Positions 8,929 to 18,357 of a stretch of DNA of 64,000 bases are shown one piece after another. The notes under the pieces are model-generated. The model had not been told where the DNA came from, did no database searches, and worked only from the letters and a program-made list of their open reading frames with translations. This stretch comes from Rhizobium sp. Q54. Lineage in GTDB: Bacteria > Pseudomonadota > Alphaproteobacteria > UBA7879 > VGCX01. The translations under genes and the position numbers were made by a program. The DNA is taken from contig CAMBTM010000005.1 in the NCBI GenBank assembly GCA_945870825.1, positions 33-64,032 on the forward strand, written 5' to 3'. The stretch's first letter is position 1. Each line of letters opens with the position of its first letter.

Positions 8929-9186
8929 ATGGGCCCCATTGAAAAGAGCTTGCGAGAAAAAATTGAAGCGGCGTTAGAAATAACCCATATGGCGGTCATT
9001 AATGACTCTGACCATCACCAAGGGCATGGGGGAAACCCTGGCGGCCCTGAAACCCATTTTAAACTTCTGATTATCTCAAAAGATTTTAAGGATAAAACAA
9101 GACTAGACCGCCACCGGATGGTCCTTGCTGTCATCAAGGAAGAAGTTCCCCATATTCATGCATTGAGCATGGATCTACGTCCTTAA
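8929..9186 (+). CDS. bolA: BolA-family protein
   Basis: 85 aa; SDHHQGHGG...THFKLLIIS..F.....L.RHRMV...IKEE...IHAL matches the BolA/YrbA fold signature. Confidence 0.75.
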   Translation: MGPIEKSLREKIEAALEITHMAVINDSDHHQGHGGNPGGPETHFKLLIISKDFKDKTRLDRHRMVLAVIKEEVPHIHALSMDLRP

Positions 9187-9974
9187 GCATCACCGACGCG
9201 ACGATCAAAAGATATCACAGCATGACGCTTGGCCTTCACTGTCCCATCGGTATTTTTAGATTGATGCGCTTGGTGGGCACTAAATCCTGCTGCATAAAGA
9301 CGCCCTGGGTGCACTCCACGACTGATCAAATATTGAACAATGGTCACAGCCCTAGCTGAAGCCAAGATCCAGTTGGATGAGAAAGGCTTTTTTGACTTAA
9401 GCCTTCTTGCATCGGTATGCCCCATGACTTTAATCACCCAGTTGGCCTCAGGGGATATCTTTTGTTCAAGGGTTTTAATGGTGATGGCAATTTGATTCAA
9501 AACCTCCTGAGCTTTGGTCGATAAAACGGCAGAAGCACTAGCAAAGAAAATATCATCTTTAAAAATGAATTTACCTTCAATCAAATCAATCCCTGGATAC
9601 GCATCCCCGATAGCTTCATGAAGATGGGATAAAAATGTATTTTCTGGTGTATGAAGCGCTGTACGCAGCATGTTATTGTCTGATACTTCTTGATTTAGTT
9701 TTTGCTCTAGAACAGGAATTTCTTCTGTTGCCGTTCTCTGAAGGGCTGCTAAATTTTGCATGGCACTGGTGAGTTGCATTTGAAGTTGTTTGTTTTCATT
9801 TTGCATCGCCCGTACTTGATCTTGAAGGACACCGTTAGACCGCTCTGTTTTTTTCAACAGTTCCCCTTCGAAGAAGACGTAATCCGCCAGTACAATGCTG
9901 CCACAGATGAGAATGACAAAAAGAAAGCCCGCCGCAAGATTGAAAAGAAAATCTTTATTCATGATTGCCCCCAA
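9183..9974 (-). CDS. OmpA/MotB-domain peptidoglycan-binding protein with an N-terminal TM helix and coiled coil
   Basis: N-terminal hydrophobic helix, a Q/L-rich coiled coil, and a C-terminal VMGHTDARR...NW.LASARA..IVQYLISRGV...L.AAGFS OmpA_C-like motif. Confidence 0.6.
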   Translation of the reverse strand: MGAIMNKDFLFNLAAGFLFVILICGSIVLADYVFFEGELLKKTERSNGVLQDQVRAMQNENKQLQMQLTSAMQNLAALQRTATEEIPVLEQKLNQEVSDNNMLRTALHTPENTFLSHLHEAIGDAYPGIDLIEGKFIFKDDIFFASASAVLSTKAQEVLNQIAITIKTLEQKISPEANWVIKVMGHTDARRLKSKKPFSSNWILASARAVTIVQYLISRGVHPGRLYAAGFSAHQAHQSKNTDGTVKAKRHAVISFDRRVGDA

Positions 9975-10201
9975 AATTCTTATTTTTATCTTTATTATTT
10001 AACACTAGCACAGAAAAATATGCGGAGCTAGAGGGATTATGTATGTGTGTATGAGCTTAGTACAAACAACACTCAAGCATAAGAAATAAAGTTTTCATAA
10101 TAAAAAACCAAATAATAAATTAATTTATGAAAAACAATACATTGAAATAACCCATAATTTCTATTAAATTAAATATTAGTGGATATTGAAAGGATGATAA
10201 A

Positions 10202-10561
10202 ATGTTGAAATATTTAGTGATATTATGTGCAATTTTTTCTTCTCCCCTTGCAAAAGCCTCGGCGGGAGCTGGAGCTGGCGCACCAATTGATGTGCTACCA
10301 CCCCGTATGACGATGATAAGTTTTAGATGCTTATCCCGGGAAAACTGGCCAGGTTTCCATATGCATCTGGATGTCCATCAAACTCTTAGGCAATTTAAAA
10401 TTCGTTTATCCGAAGAGCTTTTCGCGTTCGGTTGGATGGACGCTGTGAATCCAGATAGAATTGCCTTTGGGGGGCGTCGCATGAATGAGGATAATGATGA
10501 TGAAACCGTATTCAATCTGGGTATTATGGATCTGGGTCGTGTTCAATTCTTTATACGTTAG
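10202..10561 (+). CDS. Small secreted protein whose mature region resembles a ubiquitin-like (beta-grasp) domain
   Basis: Signal peptide MLKYLVILCAIFSSPLAKASA; NPDRIAFGGRRMNEDNDDETVFNLGIMDLGRVQFFIR aligns by eye with ubiquitin [36 protein letters not shown], and MISFRCL with QIFVKTL; no terminal GG; flanked by very AT-rich DNA. Confidence 0.4.
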   Translation: MLKYLVILCAIFSSPLAKASAGAGAGAPIDVLPPRMTMISFRCLSRENWPGFHMHLDVHQTLRQFKIRLSEELFAFGWMDAVNPDRIAFGGRRMNEDNDDETVFNLGIMDLGRVQFFIR

Positions 10562-10756
10562 TTTTGCTGAATTTAAGGTAGCATGGGGATCTCGTTAAAC
10601 CACTAAAGAGGTCTCCATGTCGATAAGGTATAATAAGATCAAAAAATTGTATGAATTCAGAAAAGATCCGACTCCCTCACCCTTTTTCTTAACCCCAAAT
10701 CTCATTTAAGCAAAAGCAGACAAGATGGCTATGAACAATAGGTTTTGCTGGGTAAA

Positions 10757-11740
10757 TTATGCTTGCGCCTGTTCAATCAGTCGATCCATGATGGATTGAA
10801 CGGGGAGTTCTTCTTTGACCATCCCGACACTTTGGCCTGCCATGACGGACCCTGTCTCCACGTCACCATCAACCACAGCCCGTCTTAGGGCACCTGCCCA
10901 GAAATGCTCGATTTCCAACTGCCCTTCTTGTTGGGTGATGTCCCCCTTGTCAAAGCGACTGATAACGTCTTTTTGGATGTCCATAAATTTTTTTGTCCCC
11001 TCATTTTTTATACCGCGAACCGGAATGATAGGAAACCGAGGATCGAGTTGTGGAGAAGGGATGGCATCCCTGGCGCTACTGCGGATAAAAATATCTTTAA
11101 ATTTAGGGTGAGCCTGGCATTCCGTTGAACAAACGAAAAGAGTCCCCAGCTGACATCCTGCCGCGCCCATTTTAAGGTACGAGGTGATGGCTTCACCGCG
11201 TGCAATACCGCCTGCTACAAACACGGGAACTTCTTTCACGTGGGGCAAAATTTCTTGGGCCAAAACGGTTGTGGAAACAGGCCCAATATGGCCACCTGCT
11301 TCCATGCCCTCAATCACCAGGGCATCAATGCCTAGTTTTATCAAACGTTTTGCAATAGCAAGAGATGGAGCAAAACAAATGACTTTAACGCCTGCTTGTT
11401 TTAAAGACTCAATAGCATAGGCCGGGGGAAGCCCCCCTGCTAATGCCACATGGGTGACTTTTTCGTCAATACAAACTTGGATCAAGTCTTGAAGGGCTGG
11501 ATGCATGGTAATAAGATTCACCCCAAAAGGTTTTTGAGTCATGGCCTGGGTGGCCTTGATTTCGAGCCTGAGACGTTCAGGATCCATGGAACCTGATGCC
11601 AACATACCAAATCCCCCCGCATTCGAAATAGCTGACACAAGGGTACGTTCTGAAACCCACGTCATGGCACCGCCCAAAATAGCATATTTTGTTCCTAAAA
11701 AATCTGTTCCACGCTTCCAAAGCGTTTGTAATACTGTCAT
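10757..11740 (-). CDS. Nitronate monooxygenase / FabK-like FMN-dependent oxidoreductase (NMO family)
   Basis: TIM-barrel NMO motifs: GGFGML, PFGVNL, GG.....A, a glycine-rich FMN site VFVAGGIARGE. Confidence 0.7.
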   Translation of the reverse strand: MTVLQTLWKRGTDFLGTKYAILGGAMTWVSERTLVSAISNAGGFGMLASGSMDPERLRLEIKATQAMTQKPFGVNLITMHPALQDLIQVCIDEKVTHVALAGGLPPAYAIESLKQAGVKVICFAPSLAIAKRLIKLGIDALVIEGMEAGGHIGPVSTTVLAQEILPHVKEVPVFVAGGIARGEAITSYLKMGAAGCQLGTLFVCSTECQAHPKFKDIFIRSSARDAIPSPQLDPRFPIIPVRGIKNEGTKKFMDIQKDVISRFDKGDITQQEGQLEIEHFWAGALRRAVVDGDVETGSVMAGQSVGMVKEELPVQSIMDRLIEQAQA

Positions 11741-11768
11741 GGTATATACTTATGAATACGGAGTTAAA

Positions 11769-12548
11769 ATGAAGTTTATCAATACCATGGAACAGAATAA
11801 AGATCAAGGAAGTCTAGATCCAGAAGAGGTCCTGCAGTTTGATCAAGAGGCTGAGGCCTGGTGGGATCCCAACGGTATCTTTAAACCCCTGCATGAAATG
11901 AATCCTTGCCGTCTTCATATTATTAAAAATTATTTATGTGATTATTTTAATCGTGCATATGCTGAGAAAAAACCTCTTGCTGGCTTAAAGATACTGGATA
12001 TTGGCTGTGGCGGAGGACTTTTAACAGAACCTCTAGCACGCCTTGGGGCAACGGTTACAGGTCTTGATGCGGGGATTCGCAGTATTGAAACAGCAAGGTG
12101 TCATGCCCAGGCCATGGAGATCGATATTGCTTACCATGCCATGACAGCTGAAGCCTTTGTTGATATGGGACATCAATTTGACTGTGTCATCAGTTTGGAA
12201 GTTTTAGAGCATTTGGCCTCCATACCCCCCTTTCTAAAGGCCTGTCAAAAACTTTTGAATCCTCAAGGAACATTGATTTTATCGACCCTTAACCGAACGC
12301 CGAAATCCTTTCTAGGAGCCATCGTTGCGGGTGAATATATCCTAAAATGGCTTCCGCGCGGGACACATGACTGGAAAAAATTTATCAAGCCGTCTGAACT
12401 TGCGGGGTATTTAAGCGCGCAAGGGTTGGCGGTAAAATCTTTCACCGGCATGGCCTATGATATTTTTTCAAGCACATGGCGACACACTCAACGGTTGGAC
12501 ATTAATTATTTCTGCATGGCTGAAAACCCTAGCAGTATTCAAGTATAA
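11769..12548 (+). CDS. ubiG: Ubiquinone biosynthesis O-methyltransferase UbiG
   Basis: EAEAWWDPNGIFKPLHEMNPCRLHII, the SAM motif ILDIGCGGGLL, LEVLEHL, GTHDWKKFIKPSEL; the start was chosen at the MKFINT ATG (the ORF-track upstream extension overlaps the divergent gene). Confidence 0.85.
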   Translation: MKFINTMEQNKDQGSLDPEEVLQFDQEAEAWWDPNGIFKPLHEMNPCRLHIIKNYLCDYFNRAYAEKKPLAGLKILDIGCGGGLLTEPLARLGATVTGLDAGIRSIETARCHAQAMEIDIAYHAMTAEAFVDMGHQFDCVISLEVLEHLASIPPFLKACQKLLNPQGTLILSTLNRTPKSFLGAIVAGEYILKWLPRGTHDWKKFIKPSELAGYLSAQGLAVKSFTGMAYDIFSSTWRHTQRLDINYFCMAENPSSIQV

Positions 12549-12646
12549 AAATAGAAAATAACAGTATATTTCCCAGTTTAATATTTCTATTTGCAGATTT
12601 TTATTTTTTTGCTACACTGAAGTAAAGAACAAACAGGGTTATACAC

Positions 12647-13162
12647 ATGAATACAGTTAAAAAAATGGCAACAAAGCCTGTCAAAAGGCAGGGAAGAAAC
12701 TCCTCCAAAGAAGTGAGTCTTGGTGTTTTGATAAGGCGTGCACGCTTAGCCCGCAAAGAAACATTAGGGGGTGTTTCCAAAGTTCTTCACATTCGAGAAA
12801 ATTATCTCAAAGCAATTGAAGAGGATCGTTCTCAGGATCTTCCAAAAGAGATGACTTATTCTATCGGCTTTGTCAGATCGTACGCTCAGTTTTTGGGCCT
12901 AGACCCTGCTGAAATTGTTGGCGCATTTAAACGACAACACATTCCGTCCACAAGCCCCATCGCACAAGCGCCTCAAGAGGTTGTCTGCAGTGAGGTAGAG
13001 ATGCCCGTTGCACAGCAAGAAAAAGAAGCGACTCATTTTCTCATGGGATGGGTTTTCTTTGCAGCGGCTTTCATCATGATTTTAACATTAAGAGACAGTA
13101 TGCCGCTTCCTGAAGCTATCAAGAATGCATTGGATTTTTTTGCAAAGATCTTCTGGGAATAA
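12647..13162 (+). CDS. HTH (XRE-like) domain protein with a C-terminal TM helix, resembling the N-terminal part of RodZ
   Basis: LGVLIRRARLARKETLGGVSKVLHIRENYLKAIEEDRSQDLP fits the HTH_25/RodZ N-terminal pattern; a hydrophobic helix near the C-terminus; 171 aa. Confidence 0.5.
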   Translation: MNTVKKMATKPVKRQGRNSSKEVSLGVLIRRARLARKETLGGVSKVLHIRENYLKAIEEDRSQDLPKEMTYSIGFVRSYAQFLGLDPAEIVGAFKRQHIPSTSPIAQAPQEVVCSEVEMPVAQQEKEATHFLMGWVFFAAAFIMILTLRDSMPLPEAIKNALDFFAKIFWE

Positions 13163-13193
13163 TAATTAAGGACTGACAAGGGGGCGAATAATA

Positions 13194-13269
<76 letters not shown>

Positions 13270-13439
13270 TTAGCTATATACCCGCACATTCTTATCAAAA
13301 AACACTATAAAAATCTATAGCGAAATATAATTTTCTTGGACGCACTTTTTTGGAAACACTTTTTTCCATGCGAACAAGCCCTTCTGACATCAAATAAATT
13401 AAAATAAATCAAATTTGTCATATGCATGCAAAGTAATAA

Positions 13440-14153
13440 ATGTTTATTATGGAGTATTTAATGATGAATAACTTAAAAGAAATAGAATTTTTAAACGAAG
13501 ACTACTTTATCCATGCCCGTGATAACATGGTATTGCATCAGCTTATTCCGTTCGGGGTCAAGAATCCGGCACTATTGCGGGCATTTTCTGATGTTCCTCG
13601 GGAGGTTTTTTTAGATGTAAACCAAAAGCAAACGGCCTATGCGGATACGCTGATTCCATTGAATTTTCACGGGATTATGTTGCCTCCTCACTTTTTAGGA
13701 AGACTTTTGGAAGAGGCTCCGTTAGATAGTCAAGGCAAAGCCATGGTCATCGGTGTTGGCTCTGGGTATGCGTCCGCTATTTTAAGTTCTTTAATGTCCT
13801 TGGTTTTTTTGCTGGAAAGTCATAAAGTGTTGGCCCTCAAAGAAGAAGAAACAATGAAGGATTTAGGGTTGGATAATATATTCGTTATAGAAGGCCCCCT
13901 GACAGAAGGGGTGAAAGACCAAGGGGTATTTGATTTGATTTTGATTGAAGGGGCCATCACCCATGTGCCATCAGACATTTTTGATCAGTTATCCCCAACG
14001 GGAGTATTGCTGACTTTTATCAATCGAGGCCCATCTGTGAAGGAAGCAACATGCTTTCGAAAGCAAAAATGTGGATGGCGTTCAACGGTACTCTTTGAGG
14101 CGAACGTTCCGATATTGCACGCCTTTGAAACAAGTAATGTATTTTCTTTTTAA
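13440..14153 (+). CDS. Protein-L-isoaspartate O-methyltransferase-like (PCMT family) methyltransferase, divergent
   Basis: LIPLNFHGIMLPPHFLGRLLEEAPLDSQGKAMVIGVGSGYASAILSSLMSLVFLLE follows the PCMT pattern (substrate-binding segment plus the SAM motif VL.IG.GSGY); the exact start is uncertain. Confidence 0.55.
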   Translation: MFIMEYLMMNNLKEIEFLNEDYFIHARDNMVLHQLIPFGVKNPALLRAFSDVPREVFLDVNQKQTAYADTLIPLNFHGIMLPPHFLGRLLEEAPLDSQGKAMVIGVGSGYASAILSSLMSLVFLLESHKVLALKEEETMKDLGLDNIFVIEGPLTEGVKDQGVFDLILIEGAITHVPSDIFDQLSPTGVLLTFINRGPSVKEATCFRKQKCGWRSTVLFEANVPILHAFETSNVFSF

Positions 14154-14175
14154 CCAACAGGAAAGGATCAGGGCT

Positions 14176-14505
14176 ATGAAAAATACACCCATGGAATTGA
14201 CTGTTCAAGAACTTAACACGCTTCTTAAGACACCTCATAAGATATTCGTCTTAGACGTGAGACAAGATTGGGAAGTGGATATTGCCCGTTTACAAGGCTC
14301 TGTTCATATTCCACTGGATAGTATTGCGGATCATTTGTCAGATTTGCCACCCTATCCCGAAGCTTTCGTGGTCATGTGCCATCATGGGGTGCGTAGCCTT
14401 AAGGTTACAACCTGGCTTCGTGAAAGAGGCTATCAGGCTATCAACCTAAAAGGTGGAATTGATGCCTGGACTAAAGAAATCGATCCAGAAATCCCACGAT
14501 ATTGA
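14176..14505 (+). CDS. Rhodanese-domain sulfurtransferase
   Basis: A single rhodanese fold: ...FVLDVRQDWE...G.IPG...IP......L..LP.....VVMCHHGVRSLKVTTWLRERGYQAINLKGGIDAW with the active-site Cys loop CHHGVRS; an ATG at 14176 with an upstream GGA-rich RBS. Confidence 0.75.
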   Translation: MKNTPMELTVQELNTLLKTPHKIFVLDVRQDWEVDIARLQGSVHIPLDSIADHLSDLPPYPEAFVVMCHHGVRSLKVTTWLRERGYQAINLKGGIDAWTKEIDPEIPRY

Positions 14506-14561
14506 AATAATACGATAAAAAAGTTATTATAATACAATCATCTAATCAAAGGATATATATC

Positions 14562-15140
14562 ATGAATACAAAGAGATTTTTATTAAGTGCATTTTTATGC
14601 TTAACACCTCTTGTAGAAAATGCAAATGGAGTAGAATTGGGGGCGGGGTCGACACCAGCTGATCGAGGGTATGATCGTAGAAAAGAATTGGATGTTCGGT
14701 TTTATGGGCCTAATAATATTTTCCCAAATCGAGGCAGTTTCACTGATGAGGTGGGCAGTTCCTTGGATAGGCATGCGGCGGGGAGTTTTTGGGATAGGGG
14801 GTATAAGGTGGGCAGCGGATTAAGTGATGAGGTGAGCACCGGATTCAGTGATGATGTGTACACCGGATTCAGTGATGAGATGAGCATCAGATTTGATTTG
14901 AGCATGACCATGAAAGAATTTATAATCGACGTATTAAAAAAAATTATTGATGAAGAAATGCCTGGCTTTAAAAGTTTGATAGGCATAGACCTTTCCGATT
15001 ATTCTATTATATTTCAAGGCGTGAATTTTGATTCTGCTCTAACCTTTAATGCGGCTAATGAAATATTGACTAGGATGGGCAAACCTATGATAGAAAGTGG
15101 CGGCCTTGTTAATATCTTAAAAATAACAAGGGAGGGGTAA
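14562..15140 (+). CDS. Hypothetical secreted protein with an internal tandem repeat
   Basis: Signal peptide MNTKRFLLSAFLCLTPLVENANG; three near-tandem 24-bp units at 14815-14886 encoding GLSDEVST/GFSDDVYT/GFSDEMSI; no recognisable domain. Confidence 0.45.
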   Translation: MNTKRFLLSAFLCLTPLVENANGVELGAGSTPADRGYDRRKELDVRFYGPNNIFPNRGSFTDEVGSSLDRHAAGSFWDRGYKVGSGLSDEVSTGFSDDVYTGFSDEMSIRFDLSMTMKEFIIDVLKKIIDEEMPGFKSLIGIDLSDYSIIFQGVNFDSALTFNAANEILTRMGKPMIESGGLVNILKITREG

Positions 15141-15148
15141 GAGTCTAC

Positions 15149-16294
15149 CTAACATTTCAACACAACCTCTGCGGCGGCGGCACTTGGTCGCTGCCCCGTA
15201 GGGGCCAGCATTGATTCAACCCGTTCAAATGCACGCAGCTGTTTATCCCGAAGTGACTCACTTTGCATGAGCTGAAGGAGGGCATTGCTGAGGATCTCTG
15301 GACGACAGCGTTCTTGGATAAATTCTGGCACAATCATCCGCTTTAAAAGAATATTAACCATGCAGATATAAGGAATCTGGATCAGACGCTTCACAAGCCA
15401 AATGGTCAAAGGATTCCCCTTGTAAGCGATAATCATCGGGACCCGGGCCAAAGCTAACTCTAAAGAAATGGTTCCAGATGCCGCAAGGGCCACACGACTG
15501 GCCGCATAGGCGTTCTGTTTATCTTCTTTCGTTGTTACGATTGTTAACGGACAACCCCACCCTTCTTGTGGAATGAGTGGCACCAAAAAATCCAAGGATG
15601 GGATTATGATGTGAATTTTTTTGCCCTTTGCAGACAGAAGTTGGCTTGTCTTTTGAAACGTCGCAAGGTGATGGGAAAGTTCCCCAAGACGGCTTCCTGG
15701 TAAAAAAAGCAAAATATCGTGTGTATAAGGAATAGCATATTTTTTCCGCAAAGCAGCCCCGTCCCCCTGGCGCATCCCTTCTTCCATTAAGGGATGTCCC
15801 ACAAAGGTTGTAGGAAGACCATATTTTTCAAAATAGGGGGGCTCAAAAGGAAAAAGAACACAAAGATGGTCTAGGAATTTTGCAATTGCTTTGGCTCGCC
15901 AAGGACGCCAGGCCCATACTGTAGGGCCTCCATAATGTAAATGACGAATACCAGAATCCTTCAATTTTTTACCCAGTTTAAAATTAAACCCCGGGAAATC
16001 AATGGTGATCAAAAGATCGGGTTTTTCTTGCATAATACGATTTTTTAAAAATGTGAGATGTTGATAAAGACGGTAAGTTTTTCCAATGTTTTCAAAAATA
16101 CCCATGACCGAGAAATCAGAAAAAGGCAGCACCTCTTTAAGGCCAGCATCCACCATCTGCCGCCCCCCTACCCCTTCAAAAACGAATGTTTTACCTGTAT
16201 CTTGAAGGGCCTTCATCAGTTTCCCACCAATAAAGTCGCCAGATGGCTCACCCGCTATAATAAAAATCTTGAATTTCTTTTTCATGTGGGCCAT
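15149..16294 (-). CDS. lpxB: Lipid-A-disaccharide synthase
   Basis: The N-terminal KIFIIAGEPSGDFIGGKLMKAL motif and length (381 aa) are typical of LpxB; it sits downstream of lpxA-lpxI. Confidence 0.9.
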   Translation of the reverse strand: MAHMKKKFKIFIIAGEPSGDFIGGKLMKALQDTGKTFVFEGVGGRQMVDAGLKEVLPFSDFSVMGIFENIGKTYRLYQHLTFLKNRIMQEKPDLLITIDFPGFNFKLGKKLKDSGIRHLHYGGPTVWAWRPWRAKAIAKFLDHLCVLFPFEPPYFEKYGLPTTFVGHPLMEEGMRQGDGAALRKKYAIPYTHDILLFLPGSRLGELSHHLATFQKTSQLLSAKGKKIHIIIPSLDFLVPLIPQEGWGCPLTIVTTKEDKQNAYAASRVALAASGTISLELALARVPMIIAYKGNPLTIWLVKRLIQIPYICMVNILLKRMIVPEFIQERCRPEILSNALLQLMQSESLRDKQLRAFERVESMLAPTGQRPSAAAAEVVLKC

Positions 16295-17121
16295 TCAGGG
16301 TCAATCGCAACCATAAAGAGACCGGCTTTGTCTAACGCTGCAATTACCTTATCTTTTTCTAAGACAAGGGTTGCTTTCGCTTCAATGGCAAGACCTTTCA
16401 ATCCCGCTTCTTTTAACCGCTGAATCGTCGTTGGGCCAATGGTTGGTAAATCCACCCGATGACTTTGACGCGGCTTTGTGAGTTTGACCAAAACCCCCCC
16501 ACGGTCTGTTTTATGGAGAAATTGAGTCCGTTGAATCAACCCATCTGTCCCCTCTGCCCCCTCAACGGATAAAATCACCCCGTCTTCCACAATCAAAGCC
16601 TGGCCGATATCAAGGGGCCCTAAGACCCTTAAGGCTGCAACCCCTCTTTGAATATCTTCTAAATCCTTAGGCGATGGCTCATGAACTCCACACGTTCCAA
16701 CTGGCACCTGGAGATCGCCCAAAATATCTTGAACGCCCACAACAGAAAATCCTTCCTCTTCCACAAGTTCCAAAATGCCGGACAATAATCCATCATCTCC
16801 AAAGACTTTAAAGCCTAGCTTAGAAAGCCACTTGGCCCCTGTTTTATCAAAGGTTAAATGTTTCAAGGAAGGTCGTTGGATGGCCCCTGCAAAAATAATC
16901 TCATGGACATTATTTTCACGAAAATAATCAATTGGTTCTTGGACAGCCCCCAGATTCACCCAATGGTGGGGTATATTTTCCACCAAGACTGGTTCTGTTT
17001 GCCCGTGAAGGGCCAAAACAACCACAGGTCGCTTTTGGCCAAGGCAGACGTTGATAAGCTTTTGAGGCAAAAGCCCCTTACCTGCAACAATACCCAAAGG
17101 AGATTCCATGGTCATGTTCAC
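16282..17121 (-). CDS. lpxI: UDP-2,3-diacylglucosamine hydrolase LpxI (DUF1009)
   Basis: 279 aa, positioned between lpxA and lpxB as in alphaproteobacteria; GIVAGKG..P, GA......L and KP.Q..R.DLP..G..T motifs. Confidence 0.8.
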   Translation of the reverse strand: MNMTMESPLGIVAGKGLLPQKLINVCLGQKRPVVVLALHGQTEPVLVENIPHHWVNLGAVQEPIDYFRENNVHEIIFAGAIQRPSLKHLTFDKTGAKWLSKLGFKVFGDDGLLSGILELVEEEGFSVVGVQDILGDLQVPVGTCGVHEPSPKDLEDIQRGVAALRVLGPLDIGQALIVEDGVILSVEGAEGTDGLIQRTQFLHKTDRGGVLVKLTKPRQSHRVDLPTIGPTTIQRLKEAGLKGLAIEAKATLVLEKDKVIAALDKAGLFMVAIDPEWPT

Positions 17122-17900
17122 CGTTCAGGAAGGCATAAGGCCCGGTTGGTATCCGCCTGCATAAAATGAATAATTTCCATCACATACGGGTTATTGGCGA
17201 ACATTTCTGCAACATCTTGAATCCGTTCGCTTTGGGTTCCTTCATCTGCAAAAAGAAGCCGGTATGCACTACGCATATCGTGAATAGTTTCACGGGGTAA
17301 GCCTCGGCGTTTGAGCCCCACCAGATTAAGGCCACAAAGTCTTGCCCGATTACCAATAACAGACCCATAGGGAATCACATCATTTTCAATGCCTGACATG
17401 CCCCCAATGATGGCCCCTTGACCAATCCGGACAAATTGATGAATTCCAACCATGCCGCCAATATTGGCATAATCGCCAATCTGCACATGGCCCCCAAGGG
17501 TTGCATTGTTCGTTAAAAGCACATAGTTGCCGACCCTGCAATCATGGGCCACATGGGCTGCGACCATGATCATGCAATCATGCCCAATCACCGTTTCCAT
17601 GCCGCCTTTTTCCGTCCCGGGGTGGATGGTCACATGTTCTCGGATTAAACAGCGTGGTCCAATCTTGACCCAAGAAGGCTCCCCCTTGAAACTACGGTGT
17701 TGGGGATCTTGACCAATAGCGGAAAATGGGAAAATTTTCGTCCCTTCCCCCACATGTACATGGTTCGTTAACGACACATGGGATACAAGGTGAACATTAT
17801 CTTCTAAGGTGACGTGAGGCCCCACATGACAAAAGGGACCAATGATGACGTTATTTGCGATTTTTGCTTGAGGGTCAACAATAGCTGTGGGGTGAATCAT
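17118..17900 (-). CDS. lpxA: Acyl-ACP--UDP-N-acetylglucosamine O-acyltransferase
   Basis: MIHPTAIVDPQAKIANNVIIGPFCHVGPHVTLEDN hexapeptide repeats and a C-terminal helical domain; the start was chosen at the MIHPTAIV ATG (17900). Confidence 0.9.
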   Translation of the reverse strand: MIHPTAIVDPQAKIANNVIIGPFCHVGPHVTLEDNVHLVSHVSLTNHVHVGEGTKIFPFSAIGQDPQHRSFKGEPSWVKIGPRCLIREHVTIHPGTEKGGMETVIGHDCMIMVAAHVAHDCRVGNYVLLTNNATLGGHVQIGDYANIGGMVGIHQFVRIGQGAIIGGMSGIENDVIPYGSVIGNRARLCGLNLVGLKRRGLPRETIHDMRSAYRLLFADEGTQSERIQDVAEMFANNPYVMEIIHFMQADTNRALCLPER

Positions 17901-17901
17901 T

Positions 17902-18351
17902 TTACATCTCACCATCTGCAATCATGGCAGAAAAAGTGGCCTCTGCCATCAGGACATCATCCACTTTTGCTTCGCCGTAAAATTTCCAAACAGGCCCGCG
18001 GGAGCGGAGTTTTTTTACGCACAGCCGCAAGGTATGTCCCGGGACAACAGGTTTCCTAAAACGAGCTTCCTCTATCGACATAAAGTAAACCAATTTGCTG
18101 GACGGTGAATTCTTATATGCTGAATGCATTACAAGGACACCTGCTGTCTGTGCCATGGCTTCCACAATCAAAACCCCAGGCATGACCGGGGCATCGGGGA
18201 AGTGTCCTTGAAAAAACCATTCATTCATGGTGACGTTTTTAATGCCAACCGCTTCTTCGCCTTCAACAACATCCACCAACCGATCCACCAATAACATAGG
18301 ATACCGATGAGGAATCAACGATTGAATTTGTTTAATATCCAGTTCTTGCAT
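17902..18351 (-). CDS. fabZ: 3-hydroxyacyl-ACP dehydratase FabZ
   Basis: [20 protein letters not shown]...[19 protein letters not shown] hotdog-fold signature. Confidence 0.9.
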   Translation of the reverse strand: MQELDIKQIQSLIPHRYPMLLVDRLVDVVEGEEAVGIKNVTMNEWFFQGHFPDAPVMPGVLIVEAMAQTAGVLVMHSAYKNSPSSKLVYFMSIEEARFRKPVVPGHTLRLCVKKLRSRGPVWKFYGEAKVDDVLMAEATFSAMIADGEM

Positions 18352-18357
18352 AATCTT

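Noticed and set aside
10590-10625. Hairpin (ggggatctc...gaggtctcc) downstream of the ubiquitin-like ORF, considered as a terminator
   Set aside because: It has a 9-bp stem with two G-U wobbles and a 14-nt loop, and no U-tract follows, so it is not a convincing intrinsic terminator.
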